A DNA stretch of 64,000 bases from an uncultured Acidobacteriaceae bacterium (GTDB lineage Bacteria > Acidobacteriota > Terriglobia > Terriglobales > Acidobacteriaceae). Made by a program: the position numbers and the translations under genes. Positions 21,570 to 32,783 of the stretch are shown here, one piece after another; position 1 is the stretch's first letter, and every line of letters starts with the position of its first letter. The stretch is from NCBI GenBank assembly GCA_963778705.1, contig CAVZVM010000010.1, positions 68,241 to 132,240 on the forward strand, read 5' to 3'. The notes under the pieces are model-generated. The model was given only the letters and a program-made list of their open reading frames with translations, was not told the origin of the DNA and searched no databases.

Positions 21570-23105
21570 ATGAAAACTCTCTCCCTCGACGGCCAGCCTC
21601 TCGCGCTTACCCAGATCGAGTCGGTCGCCATCGCCGGTGCGCAGGTCGCAATCGCACCAGCCGCGCAGAAGCGCGTTCGCCAAAGTCGAACCCTCATCGA
21701 GGAGATCCTCGCTGCCGGCGAGACCGTCTACGGCGTCAATACCGGATTCGGCAAGCTGTCCGACGTACGCATCGCTCCAGACAAACTCGCCGAACTTCAA
21801 ATCAATCTTGTGCGCAGCCACGCCGGTGGCGTCGGTAACCCGCTGAGCGAAGCTGAATCGCGCGCGATGCTTCTCCTGCGCGCCAACGTGCTCGCCAAAG
21901 GCTTCAGCGGCGTGCGTGTTGAACTGCTGCAGCTTCTCGTGGCTCTTCTCAACGCCGGTGTTCATCCGGTAATTCCCGAAAAAGGCTCGGTCGGAGCCAG
22001 CGGGGACCTGGCGCCCCTTGCCCATTTGGCTCTCGTTTGTATCGGCGAAGGCGAAGCCTTCTTCAAGGGCGAGCGGATGAAGGGCGGTGAAGCGCTGCGC
22101 CGCGCCGCTCTCAAGCCTCTCCAACTCAGCGCCAAAGAAGGCCTCGCTCTGCTCAACGGCACCCAGGCCATGACCGCAGTGGGGGCGCTTGCGGTCGCGC
22201 GCGCCCAGCGTGTCGTTCGGCTCGCCGATCTGGCCGGAGCCATGTCGCTCGAAGCCCTGATGGGAACCCCTGCGGCTTTCGATGAGCGTATTCATCTCGC
22301 ACGTCCTCATGCCGGTCAGATCGCCGCAGCAGCTCATCTGCTGCGATTGCTCGATGGCTCCGAGATCCGTGAATCACACCGGGAGCACGATTCCCGCGTG
22401 CAGGATGCCTATTGTCTTCGCTGTATGCCCCAGGTTCACGGCGCGGTCCGCGACGTCCTTGCTCATGTTGCCGGCATTCTCGAAGTCGAAGCCGGCTCGG
22501 CCACTGACAATCCGCTCGTTTTTCCGCAGAACTCGTCCAAGACGCAAAACCGCGGAGCCGTGCTTTCAGGTGGCAACTTCCACGGTGCGCCCCTTGCCTA
22601 CGGCTTCGACTATGCCGCCCTCGCCGTAACCGACCTCTGCGGCATCACCGAGCGTCGCGTCGACCGCTTGCTCAACCCCGACATCAACGAAGGCCTGCCC
22701 GCTTTCCTCTCCTCCGATCCAGGCCTCTCCTCTGGCTTCATGATCGCTCAAATCGTCTCTGCTGCGCTCATCAACGAGTGCCAGGTCCTTGCCCACCCCT
22801 CATCCACCGGCAGCATTCCGACCGACGGCGGCAAAGAGGATCACGTCTCCATGGGCATGACCGGCGCGCTGAAGCTGCGCCAAATCGTCGAGCACGCGGA
22901 GCGCATCCTTGCCATCGAGTTGATGTGTGCCGCTCAAGGCCTCGAGTTTCGTTTGCCCCTGCGCTCCAGCCATGCTATCGAGCGGGCCTACGCGGCTGTC
23001 CGTTCGGTGGTGCCGCGTCTCGAGAAGGACCGCGTCCTTGCTCCGGACATCGACGCGCTTGCGGCAGCTATCCGCGCGGGCAGACTCGACGAATGGTGTG
23101 CCTGA
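21570..23105 (+). CDS. hutH: histidine ammonia-lyase
   Basis: 511 aa. Contains the GSVGASGDLAPLAH MIO-forming Ala-Ser-Gly motif. Confidence 0.95.
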   Translation: MKTLSLDGQPLALTQIESVAIAGAQVAIAPAAQKRVRQSRTLIEEILAAGETVYGVNTGFGKLSDVRIAPDKLAELQINLVRSHAGGVGNPLSEAESRAMLLLRANVLAKGFSGVRVELLQLLVALLNAGVHPVIPEKGSVGASGDLAPLAHLALVCIGEGEAFFKGERMKGGEALRRAALKPLQLSAKEGLALLNGTQAMTAVGALAVARAQRVVRLADLAGAMSLEALMGTPAAFDERIHLARPHAGQIAAAAHLLRLLDGSEIRESHREHDSRVQDAYCLRCMPQVHGAVRDVLAHVAGILEVEAGSATDNPLVFPQNSSKTQNRGAVLSGGNFHGAPLAYGFDYAALAVTDLCGITERRVDRLLNPDINEGLPAFLSSDPGLSSGFMIAQIVSAALINECQVLAHPSSTGSIPTDGGKEDHVSMGMTGALKLRQIVEHAERILAIELMCAAQGLEFRLPLRSSHAIERAYAAVRSVVPRLEKDRVLAPDIDALAAAIRAGRLDEWCA

Positions 23106-23179
23106 CGCGCGTCAGAGTTTACGCGCTCGTTATCCTGGGCCATGTACCATGAACTTCGAGCGCAGGAGGTTCCGAAAGC

Positions 23180-24008
23180 GTGAAGCTCTACCGTACGGCT
23201 GCTGGATGTGTCGTTGAAGAAGACAACCAGTACTATCGCTTGGATGGCGTGACCATCGACTTTCTTCTCGCGCGCGAAGATCTGCCTGAGTATCTTGCGG
23301 AGTCGATTGCGCAATCGACCCCGTCCCCTGAATTCCGTCCTGCTGAGATTCTCGCCCCGATCAACCATCAAGAAGTCTGGGCAGCCGGTGTCACCTATTA
23401 CCGGAGCCGCGGCGCGCGCATGGAAGAGTCGAAGGACGCCGGCGGTGGCAACTTCTACGATCGCGTCTACTCGGCCGAGCGTCCCGAGCTTTTCTTCAAG
23501 TCGACAGCAAGCCGTACGGTCGGTCCCGGCGGCAAGGTGCGCATCCGCGGCGATGCCCATTGGTCCGTCCCGGAGCCCGAGCTAACGCTTGTCGTCAGCC
23601 CCAAAGGCCGGATCAACGGCTACACCATCGGCAACGATATGAGCTCGCGCGACATTGAGGGCGAGAACCCGCTCTACCTTCCGCAGGCTAAGGTCTATAA
23701 CGGCAGCTGCGCTCTCGGTCCCTGCATTCTGGTCAGTGAGAGGCCTCTGCCGCATTCAACTGAGATCACACTCGAAATCGACCGCAACAACCGCATCGAA
23801 TTCTCGGGCTCCGTCGCGCTCACCGAATTGAAGCGCGATCCAAAATCGCTCGTCGACTATCTTCTCCGCGACAACGTGTTCCCCAGTGGCTGCTTTCTGA
23901 TGACTGGGCACAGGGATCGTGCCGCCCAACTCATATACGCTCGCCAGCGGCGATCGCATCCGCATCACCATCGATCCCATCGGCACCCTGGAAAACGAAG
24001 TCGCCTGA
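23180..24008 (+). pseudogene. fumarylacetoacetate hydrolase family protein, C-terminal frameshift
   Basis: ORF 23180..24058 turns into His/Arg junk after ...GCFLMTG. Skipping one G in ACTGGGCAC near 23905 restores ...MTGTGIVPPNSYTLASGDRIRITIDPIGTLENEVA and a stop at about 24006-24008. Confidence 0.8.
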
Positions 24009-24045
24009 AAAGCAAGGACGGCAATCCAAGGGATTCCTGCCCGCT

Positions 24046-24720
24046 TCAGCACAGATGATGTTTCAGAAAGGCCAACGCGCGTCCTCGTGCCAGGGCTGCG
24101 GCATGTGGGTTATAGCTGCCGCGCATGTCGCAGTTGAATGCGTGGCCCGCGCCCTCATACCAGTGGATCTCCACCTCAGGATGCGCTGCCTGGACCGCCT
24201 CCACTTGCTCGGCTGGAATGTGTCTGTCGAGCTTGCCGAAGTGCAGCTGCACCGGCGCGTTCGGCGTCTCTGTTGCAAAATTCCCGATGCCGCCTGCATA
24301 GTATCCGACCGCGGCTGCTGGATGGAGTCGTGTCGCGCTGAGCCACGCCACCAACCCGCCGAAGCAGTAGCCAATCACACCCACCTTTTTGCCTGTTGCC
24401 TTGCCTGCATAGGCTATCGCTGCATCGACGTCGGCTACAGCCTTCGCGATGTCAAGCTTTCCCCGCATCTCCATAGCGATCTTCACATCCTCACCTTCGT
24501 AGCTGAGCTCGATGCCAGGTTTCACGCGATCGAACAACGCGGGAGCCACCGCCAGAAACCCATCCTCCGCGAATTCGTCCGTAACCGACCGGATATGCTC
24601 GTTCACTCCGAAGATTTCCTGAATCACAACCAGTCCCGCAATCGGCTCTCCAACGGGCTTGGCAACATAGAGGTTCAGCTCATGATCGTCCGCCGAACGG
24701 ACCTTCACAAATTCACCCAT
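24046..24720 (-). CDS. dienelactone hydrolase family protein
   Basis: 224 aa alpha/beta hydrolase with GYCFGG nucleophile-elbow-like motif. Length matches carboxymethylenebutenolidase. Confidence 0.8.
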   Translation of the reverse strand: MGEFVKVRSADDHELNLYVAKPVGEPIAGLVVIQEIFGVNEHIRSVTDEFAEDGFLAVAPALFDRVKPGIELSYEGEDVKIAMEMRGKLDIAKAVADVDAAIAYAGKATGKKVGVIGYCFGGLVAWLSATRLHPAAAVGYYAGGIGNFATETPNAPVQLHFGKLDRHIPAEQVEAVQAAHPEVEIHWYEGAGHAFNCDMRGSYNPHAAALARGRALAFLKHHLC

Positions 24721-24862
24721 TGTTCATCCTTGAAAAATGTAGGTAAGACGAAACTCTGTAGACTTGGACGCAGAAACGCCCAGGAAGACGCAGCAGGCGT
24801 ATTCGATGATCTTGAGATGAGCTGACTGATACAGTCGAGATGCCTGCGATCCAACGGCCGCC

Positions 24863-25862
24863 CTAATAGAGCGGCGCAAGGGCGATAGCCCCGAGTCCCA
24901 GCAAGAAGAAGACAAACATAAACACCAGAAGCCTCTTCGCGGCCGGTGGCGCGCCCGCGAATTCATGCCAGACGAACACGCCCCAGCATGCCGAGACCAT
25001 CGTCGCGCCCTGTCCGATGGAATAGGACACCGCAGGCCCAATCTTGTGTGCGCCCGATCCTAGAAAGTTGGTGACTGCGCCCGCGCACCAGATCATCCCG
25101 CCCAGAATTCCTGCGAAATGCCAACGCCACAGTGCGGCCCAGTATTCGGAGTTGCGCACACGCGGCTTTCCATCCAACGGCTTCCACATCAGCAGCCAAT
25201 TTGCCGGAAATGTCGACAAGCATGACGCCCACCGCAAAGAACAGGGCAATCGCGTACGGCCCGGGACCCGGATTGCCGCGCTCGCCCTGCATCGCGCGCG
25301 CCACAAGCGGATAAAAGCTTCCCATCAACAATCCCGCAACCAGACTCAATACGATCCCGCGGGTCGTTGTCGCCTTCGCCTTCGTTTCGCGCTTGCGATA
25401 CGCTGCCGCGTCGAGAACAATCGCTACGGTAACCAGCGCCACTCCGCCAAACAGCAGCATCGGGTTCCCCTTCGGGCTCACGATGTAGCTCCACACCGAA
25501 CCCACAATCAGCGCCAGACCAATGCCCACGGGAAAAGCTACAGCCAGTCCCGCCACGTCAATCGCAGCCACCAGCAGAAGGTTCGCTATGTTGAACACCA
25601 CTCCGCCCAGCGCAGCCATCTTCATCGAAGCTAGCGGCGACTCCACGATGTCGGTGAAGAATGGATTGCCGCTCGCCCCATGGCTTCCTGCTGTTAATCC
25701 CAACACCACTGCGCCTAGCAGCACGCCCATCGCGTAGTCCCAGTAGAAAAGCTGAAAGCGGTAGCCCGGGCAGAGTTTGAGCGTGTTTGCCCACGAACCC
25801 CAGCACAGCATGCTAACCAGCATCAGCACAAGTGCGGCCTGATAGGTCTCAGGAATCAGCAT
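24863..25862 (-). pseudogene. GRP/DMT-type sugar permease (glucose/ribose or rhamnose uptake-like), frameshifted
   Basis: ORF 24963..25862 (N-terminal 5 TM) and ORF 24863..25306 (C-terminal TMs) join as ...FFAVGVML-STFPANWLLMWKPLDG... at about 25210-25218. The shift is +1. Confidence 0.7.
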
Positions 25863-25977
25863 TCCCGTAGCTCCTGCAACTCAAGTGAGTGTCGTGGGAA
25901 CCATAGCGTCTTTGCCCGCACTGCCGCAACTGACATGAGTGCTCAAGTCGGGCTGGGACTGGCGGCCGGGCGACGAG

Positions 25978-26955
25978 CTACTGTTTCGCCGCCTTCACCG
26001 CTTCGGTCAGCGCCGGCACCACTTCGAAAAGATCGCCGACAATCCCGTAATCGGCCACCTCAAAGATCGGCGCATCGGGGTCTTTGTTGATCGCGACGAC
26101 ACATTGCGATCCTTTCATCCCGACCAGGTGCTGAATCGCCCCAGAGATGCCCACGGCAAGATAGAGCTTCGGCGCAACAGTCTGGCCTGAGCTACCCACT
26201 TGTCGTTCGATCGGCAGCCAGCCGTTGTCACAGATCGGCCGCGAAGCCGCGATCTCCGCGCCCAGAGCGGTCGCCAGCTCCTGCACCATCGGCAGGTTTT
26301 CGGCTTCTTTGATGCCGCGGCCTACACTCACAATCAATTGTGCCGAGCCCAAATCCACAGTTTGCGCCGATCCGCGGAACGGTTCGCCTGGCTTGGTGCG
26401 AATCTGCGTCGCATCGATCGTCGGTGTAAAAATTTCAACCTGCGCCGATCCTCCTTCGACCTGATCCGCGCGGAACGCACCCGACTGCACCGACACGAAG
26501 CACGTTCCTCCGCCCGCGTGCCGATACTCGCCGTTCAAGCGTCCCTGCATCAGCTGCCGTACAAACGTGGGCCCATCCCCAAGCGCCGTCACATCGCCGA
26601 TCAGCACCTGACCCAGCCGCGCCGCGAGCGCCGGTGCATAGTCGCGTACCTGATACGTGTGCGGGAAGATCAAGTAGTCCGGCTGCTGTGCGCGAACAAA
26701 CTGCTCCAGCGCGATCGTGTATCCATCGGCAGTGTAAGCACCAAGCAACGCATGCTCCAGCCGGAGAACCCTCGCGAGCGGCTTGGTCGCAGCCTCCCCC
26801 GCAAGCGCCTCTGTTTGAGCGCCCGGCAGCACGGCATTCACAGTCAGCCCCGTCTGCGCGCCCAGTTTCAACCCTGCCGCCACAGCCTCCCAGCTGATCC
26901 GCGCGATCTTTCCGTTGCGCTCCTCCAGCACCACCCAGATCCCGCTCATAGCCAT
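25978..26955 (-). CDS. etfA: electron transfer flavoprotein subunit alpha
   Basis: 325 aa. C-terminal FAD-binding motif present (PKLYLAVGISGAIQHLVGM). Confidence 0.9.
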   Translation of the reverse strand: MAMSGIWVVLEERNGKIARISWEAVAAGLKLGAQTGLTVNAVLPGAQTEALAGEAATKPLARVLRLEHALLGAYTADGYTIALEQFVRAQQPDYLIFPHTYQVRDYAPALAARLGQVLIGDVTALGDGPTFVRQLMQGRLNGEYRHAGGGTCFVSVQSGAFRADQVEGGSAQVEIFTPTIDATQIRTKPGEPFRGSAQTVDLGSAQLIVSVGRGIKEAENLPMVQELATALGAEIAASRPICDNGWLPIERQVGSSGQTVAPKLYLAVGISGAIQHLVGMKGSQCVVAINKDPDAPIFEVADYGIVGDLFEVVPALTEAVKAAKQ

Positions 26956-27061
26956 TTCTCCTTCCGGAATCGTTCGAAGCCGCCGAGTTCGCGTGGCGAT
27001 TTCCTCAAGAAATCGTCACCCTGCATACACTGAACATGCCTCGCAGTGAAGGTGAAATGGG

Positions 27062-27829
27062 TCATAGCACCCTCGCTTCAAACTTCAGCTTCTCTGCCAG
27101 TGCCGCCGCAGCCTCTTTCGGAGAGCCGCCAATCATCTGTGTAGACTTCTGCTTCTGCGGAGCCGAGATCCGCGCCAGAGACACCACCGGCGTCGCTGTT
27201 GTCCCCAGCTCTTGTGCTGTAACGCGCCGCACTTCCTTTGTCTTTGCCTTCTTGATCCCCATCAGCGTCGCATAGCGCAGCTTGTTGCCGCCCGACTGGA
27301 TTGTTAGCACTGCGGGCAGCGGCAGTTCGATCGTTTGGAACCAACCTTCTTCCAGCTCGCGCTTCACTGTCAGCCCCCGCTCGGTCTTCTCCACATGGAG
27401 AATCAGAGACGAGTGAGGCAGCCCGAGCAGCTCCGCTAGAATCACGCCGGTTTGCCCATACCCCAAATCGTCGGACTGTAGTCCCGTCAGAGCCAGGTCC
27501 GGACTCTCGCTCTTGATCGCCGCAGCCAGCAACTGCGCCACACCCAGCGCGTCCAGTTGTCCCGTATCGCAATCGATATGAATGGCCCGGTCTGCACCTT
27601 TGGCCAGAGCCTCGCGAATCGTCGACCCCACGCGCTCCGGTCCAGCGCTTATCGCCACGACCTCGCCGCCATGCTTTTCCTTCAGTTGCAACGCCTCTTC
27701 CAGCGCGTACGCGTCTGACTCATTCAGAGCCCACTGAATGCCGGCCTCGTCAATCCATTTTCCCGCAGCATCGATATGCACCTGCGCATCGCGCTCCGGG
27801 ACCTGCTTGATTGCCACAAGAATCTTCAT
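27062..27829 (-). CDS. etfB: electron transfer flavoprotein subunit beta
   Basis: 255 aa. MKILVAIKQVPE start is typical of EtfB/FixA. Confidence 0.9.
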   Translation of the reverse strand: MKILVAIKQVPERDAQVHIDAAGKWIDEAGIQWALNESDAYALEEALQLKEKHGGEVVAISAGPERVGSTIREALAKGADRAIHIDCDTGQLDALGVAQLLAAAIKSESPDLALTGLQSDDLGYGQTGVILAELLGLPHSSLILHVEKTERGLTVKRELEEGWFQTIELPLPAVLTIQSGGNKLRYATLMGIKKAKTKEVRRVTAQELGTTATPVVSLARISAPQKQKSTQMIGGSPKEAAAALAEKLKFEARVL

Positions 27830-27850
27830 AGAAAAGTGCTCTCGTTTATC

Positions 27851-29798
27851 TTAGTTGGCCGCGTTGGATCCCGCCGTGGGCAGCGCTCGCGCCGTCAATT
27901 GTGCGATGTCCAATAGCTGCGGCGCGCCTGCTCCTTTTGCTGCCAGCGCATCGCGAAACATCGTATTGCAGAACGGGCATGCCGTACCCACCGTCGTCGC
28001 TCCAGTGTCCACAAGCTCTTTCGCCCGCACATGGCTGACCCGTTCGCCGGTCTCCTCACCCAAAAATGCGAGACCACCACCGGCACCACAACAGAAGCTC
28101 CGCTCGCCATTGCGTGGGGCCTCGACAAGTTGCCCCGTGGCACGAACGACCGCCCGCGGTTCGTCATACACATTGCGATACCGGCCGAGATAGCAAGGAT
28201 CGTGAAACACGATCTTCTCCTCGCCGCGAATCTTCGGCAACTGCTCCAGATGTCTGGCCAAAAACTCGCTGTGATGCTCCACCTCCGGCGGCGTTCCGTA
28301 CCCCTTCCAATCCTCTTGAATGGTCCGGACGCAATGGGGGCAGATCGACACAATCTTCTTCACCTTGTTCTGCGTCATGGCCTCCAGATTTGCCTCGGCC
28401 AGCTGCTGAAACACCAGGTCATTCCCCAGCCGCCGCACCGGATCGCCTGTGCACTTTTCCTTGCGTAGCACGCCGAAGCTCGTTCCCAGATACCGCATCA
28501 CGCGCACGAAATCGGCAATAATTTCGCGCCCTTTTGGATCGTATCCGCCCATGCAGCCGAGCCATAAACAATAGTCCTGCGTTCCATCGAAGATCGGAAG
28601 CTCCAGCTTCTGCACAAACTTGTCGCGCTCCGTCGCGCTCATCCCCAGCGCATTCGATCCGCGTTCCAGTGCCAGAAAGAGCTTCCCCCCGTGGTCGTCT
28701 TCCCATACCCCCGTATTCACAGCCCCACGCCGCAGCCCAATCAGAATCGGCAGGTGCTCAATTCCAACCGGACACTGAAACTCGCACGCCCCGCACGTTG
28801 TGCACTGGAAAGACTGCCTCCTGCGAGTTGTACTTGCCGAGCAGAGGCTCCGCCGACGCCGGTCCCAGTTCATTCAGATAGCTTCGCAGGCCCAGCACAA
28901 TTTCCTTTGGGTTCAAAACCTTCCCGGTATTCGCGGCAGGGCAGTGCTCGGTGCATCGCCCACACTCCACACACGAGTACGCCTGTAAGCTCACAAGCTG
29001 CGTCAGATCCGTTCCTGCCACCAGCCCAAAGTCCTCGTCACCAGCTAGTGGAGGAATCTTGCCGAATCCGCCGCGCGAAAGGAACACCGTCGCCGGGCTC
29101 AATACCAGATGCAGGTGCTTTGTGTGGGGAATAATGGGCAGAAACACCAGCAGACACAACGTGTGCGCCCACCACAGCACCCGCGCCGCTTCGCTTGTAT
29201 CCGCGACTGAAAACGCCGCTAGATACGTCACCATAAGAAGAAAGATGAGCAGTGCAATAAATCCCGACTCCCAGCTCAGCTTTTCACCCAGCCACCTTGG
29301 ACGTACCAGGAATCTGCGCACAAACAGCCCGGCGATGCCTGCCGCACACAATAGCGCGAATGCTGCCGCCAGATAGAAGTAGAGCCGTCCGAACATCCCC
29401 GCTGGGTCGAGAAACCCGACGCCCAGCCCGACCGCGCAGTGATTCAGCGTCACCAGTGCGAAGGCACAGAATCCCCAGAAGACGAATGCATGGGCCAGCC
29501 CCGGCAGGGGTCTCTGCCGGATCACCTTCGCCTGGCACATCACCTCCCAAAAGAAATCCCAGACGCGCCGGCCCATCGGTGACAGCCGAAAGTCGGCGTC
29601 CCTTTTCGATGCAAGAATTCTCTTCAGGATCGGCCGGAACCGGCGCCAGAACAGCGTCCCCGAACCCACGGTGAGGCCTGCGAACACAAGTTTTTCTGCG
29701 AGGTCAAAGTGCTGCGGCTCGGCCAGCACTGGGAGGGAGAGAATCATAGGCGAACGTAGCCACAATACATGATTGGAGGCCCATTCGTCGCGCCGCAC
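27851..29798 (-). pseudogene. membrane (Fe-S)-binding CCG-domain oxidoreductase associated with EtfAB, frameshifted
   Basis: ORF 28758..29798 holds a multi-TM N-domain plus the first CxxCxxCxxxCP. ORF 27851..28873 holds the second ferredoxin motif CTTCGACEFQCP and two CCG-type Cys motifs. Skipping one C near 28805 joins ...SQEAVF-QCTTCGAC.... The true start may be the internal Met near 29747. Confidence 0.8.
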
Positions 29799-29878
29799 GC
29801 TGGTCTCGCCCCAGGACTCTGCGCGTAGTCCAAGGGGACGCTTCGCAGCTACACTTGGCCCTGAGAGAGGGTGAAATC

Positions 29879-30244
29879 ATGGCGGAGACGATCGAGACTC
29901 TGTTGCGGCGCAACTTATTCGAGGTCTTTGGCGAGCGGGACAACGCGAAACGAAAGGATGCTCTCGCCGAGATATGGCATGCCGAAGCAGTCTTGGTGAA
30001 TCCGGACGGCCGGCACATCGGCCGCGTTGAAATCAGCCAAACCGTCGAGAAACTGCTCGCCAAGTTTCCCGCCTACGTATTCTCCGAGCGAGTTGCGCCG
30101 GAAGGATTTCACGGGGTGGGCAGAATTGGCTGGGGATTTGGACCACTGGGCTTGCCGCCCGTCGTCACCGGGATCGACGTCGCCGAGGCAACGGCCGGCA
30201 AGTTGAGACTCCTGTTTGCATTCATCGACCCCAATTCGAAATGA
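29879..30244 (+). CDS. hypothetical protein (possibly SnoaL/NTF2-like)
   Basis: GAGGG RBS precedes the ATG at 29879. 121 aa with no strong motif. Confidence 0.4.
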   Translation: MAETIETLLRRNLFEVFGERDNAKRKDALAEIWHAEAVLVNPDGRHIGRVEISQTVEKLLAKFPAYVFSERVAPEGFHGVGRIGWGFGPLGLPPVVTGIDVAEATAGKLRLLFAFIDPNSK

Positions 30245-30301
30245 CGCCTTCGTCCGATTGTCGCCCGCAAGCACCATCTGCCCCAGCCGTGTGAGCAGAC
30301 C

Positions 30302-31648
30302 TTAGCAGCGTACAATCTTCGGAGAATCGATCCCTTTCGTTGCGTTGCGCGAATCCACCACAAGCTGGGCCTCATCGACAATCCTGCGGTAGTCGTAGGT
30401 CGAGTGGTCGGTCACAATCAGCACTGCATCATATTGTCCGAGATTCTCAAGCGGCGTGTTCGTCATGTTGAGCGCGTAGTGCCGGCCTTGTCCCACTGTC
30501 GGGAAGTATGGGTCGTTATACGCCACGGTCGCACCCTTCTCGCGCAGCAGTTCGATGATCGTGAGCGAAGGCGATTCGCGGAGATCGTCGACATCGCGCT
30601 TGTATGCCATTCCCAACACAAGGATTTTGGATCCGTTGATCGACTTGCGCCCCCGATTCAGCCCGTCAGCTAGCTGTTCGATCACGAATCGCGGCATATT
30701 TGTGTTGATCTCGCCCGCCAGTTCGATGAATCGTGTCCGAAAATCGAACTCCCGCGCCTTCCACGAGAGATAAAACGGATCGATCGGAATGCAGTGGCCG
30801 CCTAGGCCAGGCCCCGGATAAAACGCCTGGAAACCGAAAGGCTTCGTCTTGGCCGCGTCGATCACCTCGTGGATGTCGATCCCCATACGCATGCAGAGCT
30901 GCTTCAGCTCGTTCACCAGCGCGATGTTTACACAGCGGTAGATATTCTCCAGTAGCTTGGTCATCTCCGCCACGGCCGGGCTGCTTACCGGCACCACACG
31001 ATGGAAGATGGATCCATAGAGTGCGCCAGCCAGTTCTGCGGCCACACTGCCGCAGCCGCCGACCACCTTCGGGATGTCCTGTCGCGCTACCGTCTCGTTT
31101 CCCGGGTCCTCGCGTTCCGGGGAGAACGCCACATGCATACCCTGGCCGTCTTCACCGCGCGCCACCTTCAGACCCTGCGTGTTTCCAGCCTCCAACAGGG
31201 GCACGACAAGCTCTTCCGTCGTCCCCGGATACGTCGTGCTCTCGAGGATGATCAATTGCCCATCGTGTGTGTGCGGAGCAATGGCTTCGACTGTGCGGGT
31301 CACATAGCTCAGATCGGGCTCGTGATACTCGTCCAGCGGCGTCGGGACGCAAATGATGACCGCGTCCATCGTGGCGATCTCAGAGTAGTCCGCCGTCGCG
31401 CGAAAGCCGGCCTTTTGTGCCTCGCGAATCATTTCTGGCAGAATGCGAACAATATAGGATCCGCCGGCATTCAGCGTGTCAACCTTGTCGGCTGCAATAT
31501 CGAAGCCGGTCACGCGAAACTTCTGCCCGCTGAAAAGGAGGGCCAGAGGCAGCCCAACATACCCCATCCCCACAATGCCTACGCGTGCTTGACGCGTTCC
31601 GATCTTGCTTTGGACCTCTGCGGCGGGTCCGCTAGCTACGGTAGCCAT
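30302..31648 (-). CDS. nucleotide-sugar dehydrogenase (UDP-N-acetyl-D-glucosamine/mannosamine 6-dehydrogenase-like)
   Basis: GIVGMGYVGLPLA Rossmann motif, catalytic GGHCIP motif and a UDPG_MGDP_dh C-terminal domain. Confidence 0.85.
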   Translation of the reverse strand: MATVASGPAAEVQSKIGTRQARVGIVGMGYVGLPLALLFSGQKFRVTGFDIAADKVDTLNAGGSYIVRILPEMIREAQKAGFRATADYSEIATMDAVIICVPTPLDEYHEPDLSYVTRTVEAIAPHTHDGQLIILESTTYPGTTEELVVPLLEAGNTQGLKVARGEDGQGMHVAFSPEREDPGNETVARQDIPKVVGGCGSVAAELAGALYGSIFHRVVPVSSPAVAEMTKLLENIYRCVNIALVNELKQLCMRMGIDIHEVIDAAKTKPFGFQAFYPGPGLGGHCIPIDPFYLSWKAREFDFRTRFIELAGEINTNMPRFVIEQLADGLNRGRKSINGSKILVLGMAYKRDVDDLRESPSLTIIELLREKGATVAYNDPYFPTVGQGRHYALNMTNTPLENLGQYDAVLIVTDHSTYDYRRIVDEAQLVVDSRNATKGIDSPKIVRC

Positions 31649-31778
31649 ACCTCAATCTTAGTGCATGGTTGCTTAGAATTCGCCTGTCGGGGTTAGGTAT
31701 CCGGCTGCCGCGATCCGAGCGCCCTCCTATATCCTGTCGTTTGCTGCTTGTCCCGCACGACGAACAGCGGAGGAGCCT

Positions 31779-32720
31779 TTGCCTAAGTATCTCGTTACCG
31801 GTGCGGCCGGATTTATAGGTCGATCGATTGCAGCCGAACTGATCAAGCGCGGCGAATCCGTGCGCGGTATCGACAACTTCATCACTGGGAAACGTGCGAA
31901 TCTCGCCGGACTCGAAGCCATGGAGTTCGTTGAAGGCGATCTCACCAATCCCGCCATCTGCGCGACCGCCTGTGAGGGGGTCGAAATCGTCTTCCACGAA
32001 GCCGCTCTGGCCAGCGTCCCTCGTTCTGTCGCCGACCCCGTAAGCACGAATCTGCACTGCGTCACCGCGACGCTGAATCTGCTTGTCGCCGCCCGCGCTG
32101 CTGGCGTACGCCGAGTTATCTACGCCGGCTCGTCCTCCGCTTATGGGGACACGCCTACGCTCCCCAAGCACGAGGAGATGCTGCCTAACCCCATCTCGCC
32201 CTACGCCGTCGCCAAGCTTGCTGGCGAGCAATACATGCGCGCCTTTGCCCGCGTCTACGGCCTCGAGACGGTCGTTCTCCGCTACTTCAACGTCTTCGGT
32301 CCCTATCAGGACCCGACCTCGCACTACTCCGGCGTCATGGCTCTCTTCTGCCGCAAGATGCTGGCCGGCGAACAGCCAACGATCTTCGGCGACGGCGAGC
32401 AGAGCCGCGACTTCACCTACATCGACAACGTCGTCCACGCCAATCTGCTGGCTGCTCAGGCCCCCGCCGCGAAGGTCAGTGGCCAGGTGATGAACATCGC
32501 CACTGGGTCCCGCGTAACCCTCAACCATGTCTTTGAAGTTGTGCGGGAATTAACTGGATTTAAAGGACAAGCGATCTATGGCCCGCCCCGCTCAGGCGAT
32601 ATTCGCGACTCTCTCGCCGACATATGGCTCGCCGGCGAACTGCTCGGTTACAAGCCGATTGTCGACTTCCGCGAAGGCCTCCGGCGTACGGTCGAGTGGT
32701 ATCGCGCCAGCGCCAATTAG
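31779..32720 (+). CDS. NAD-dependent epimerase/dehydratase (WbpP/TviC-like UDP-sugar 4-epimerase)
   Basis: VTGAAGFIG, SSSAYG and YAVAK (Y-x3-K) motifs of an extended SDR. Confidence 0.85.
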   Translation: MPKYLVTGAAGFIGRSIAAELIKRGESVRGIDNFITGKRANLAGLEAMEFVEGDLTNPAICATACEGVEIVFHEAALASVPRSVADPVSTNLHCVTATLNLLVAARAAGVRRVIYAGSSSAYGDTPTLPKHEEMLPNPISPYAVAKLAGEQYMRAFARVYGLETVVLRYFNVFGPYQDPTSHYSGVMALFCRKMLAGEQPTIFGDGEQSRDFTYIDNVVHANLLAAQAPAAKVSGQVMNIATGSRVTLNHVFEVVRELTGFKGQAIYGPPRSGDIRDSLADIWLAGELLGYKPIVDFREGLRRTVEWYRASAN

Positions 32721-32783
32721 TGGATATCGGTGCAGTCCGGCTTTCTGTGAAGTCTGGGCAAAGTTAAAAGGGCAAGTCGGCAG

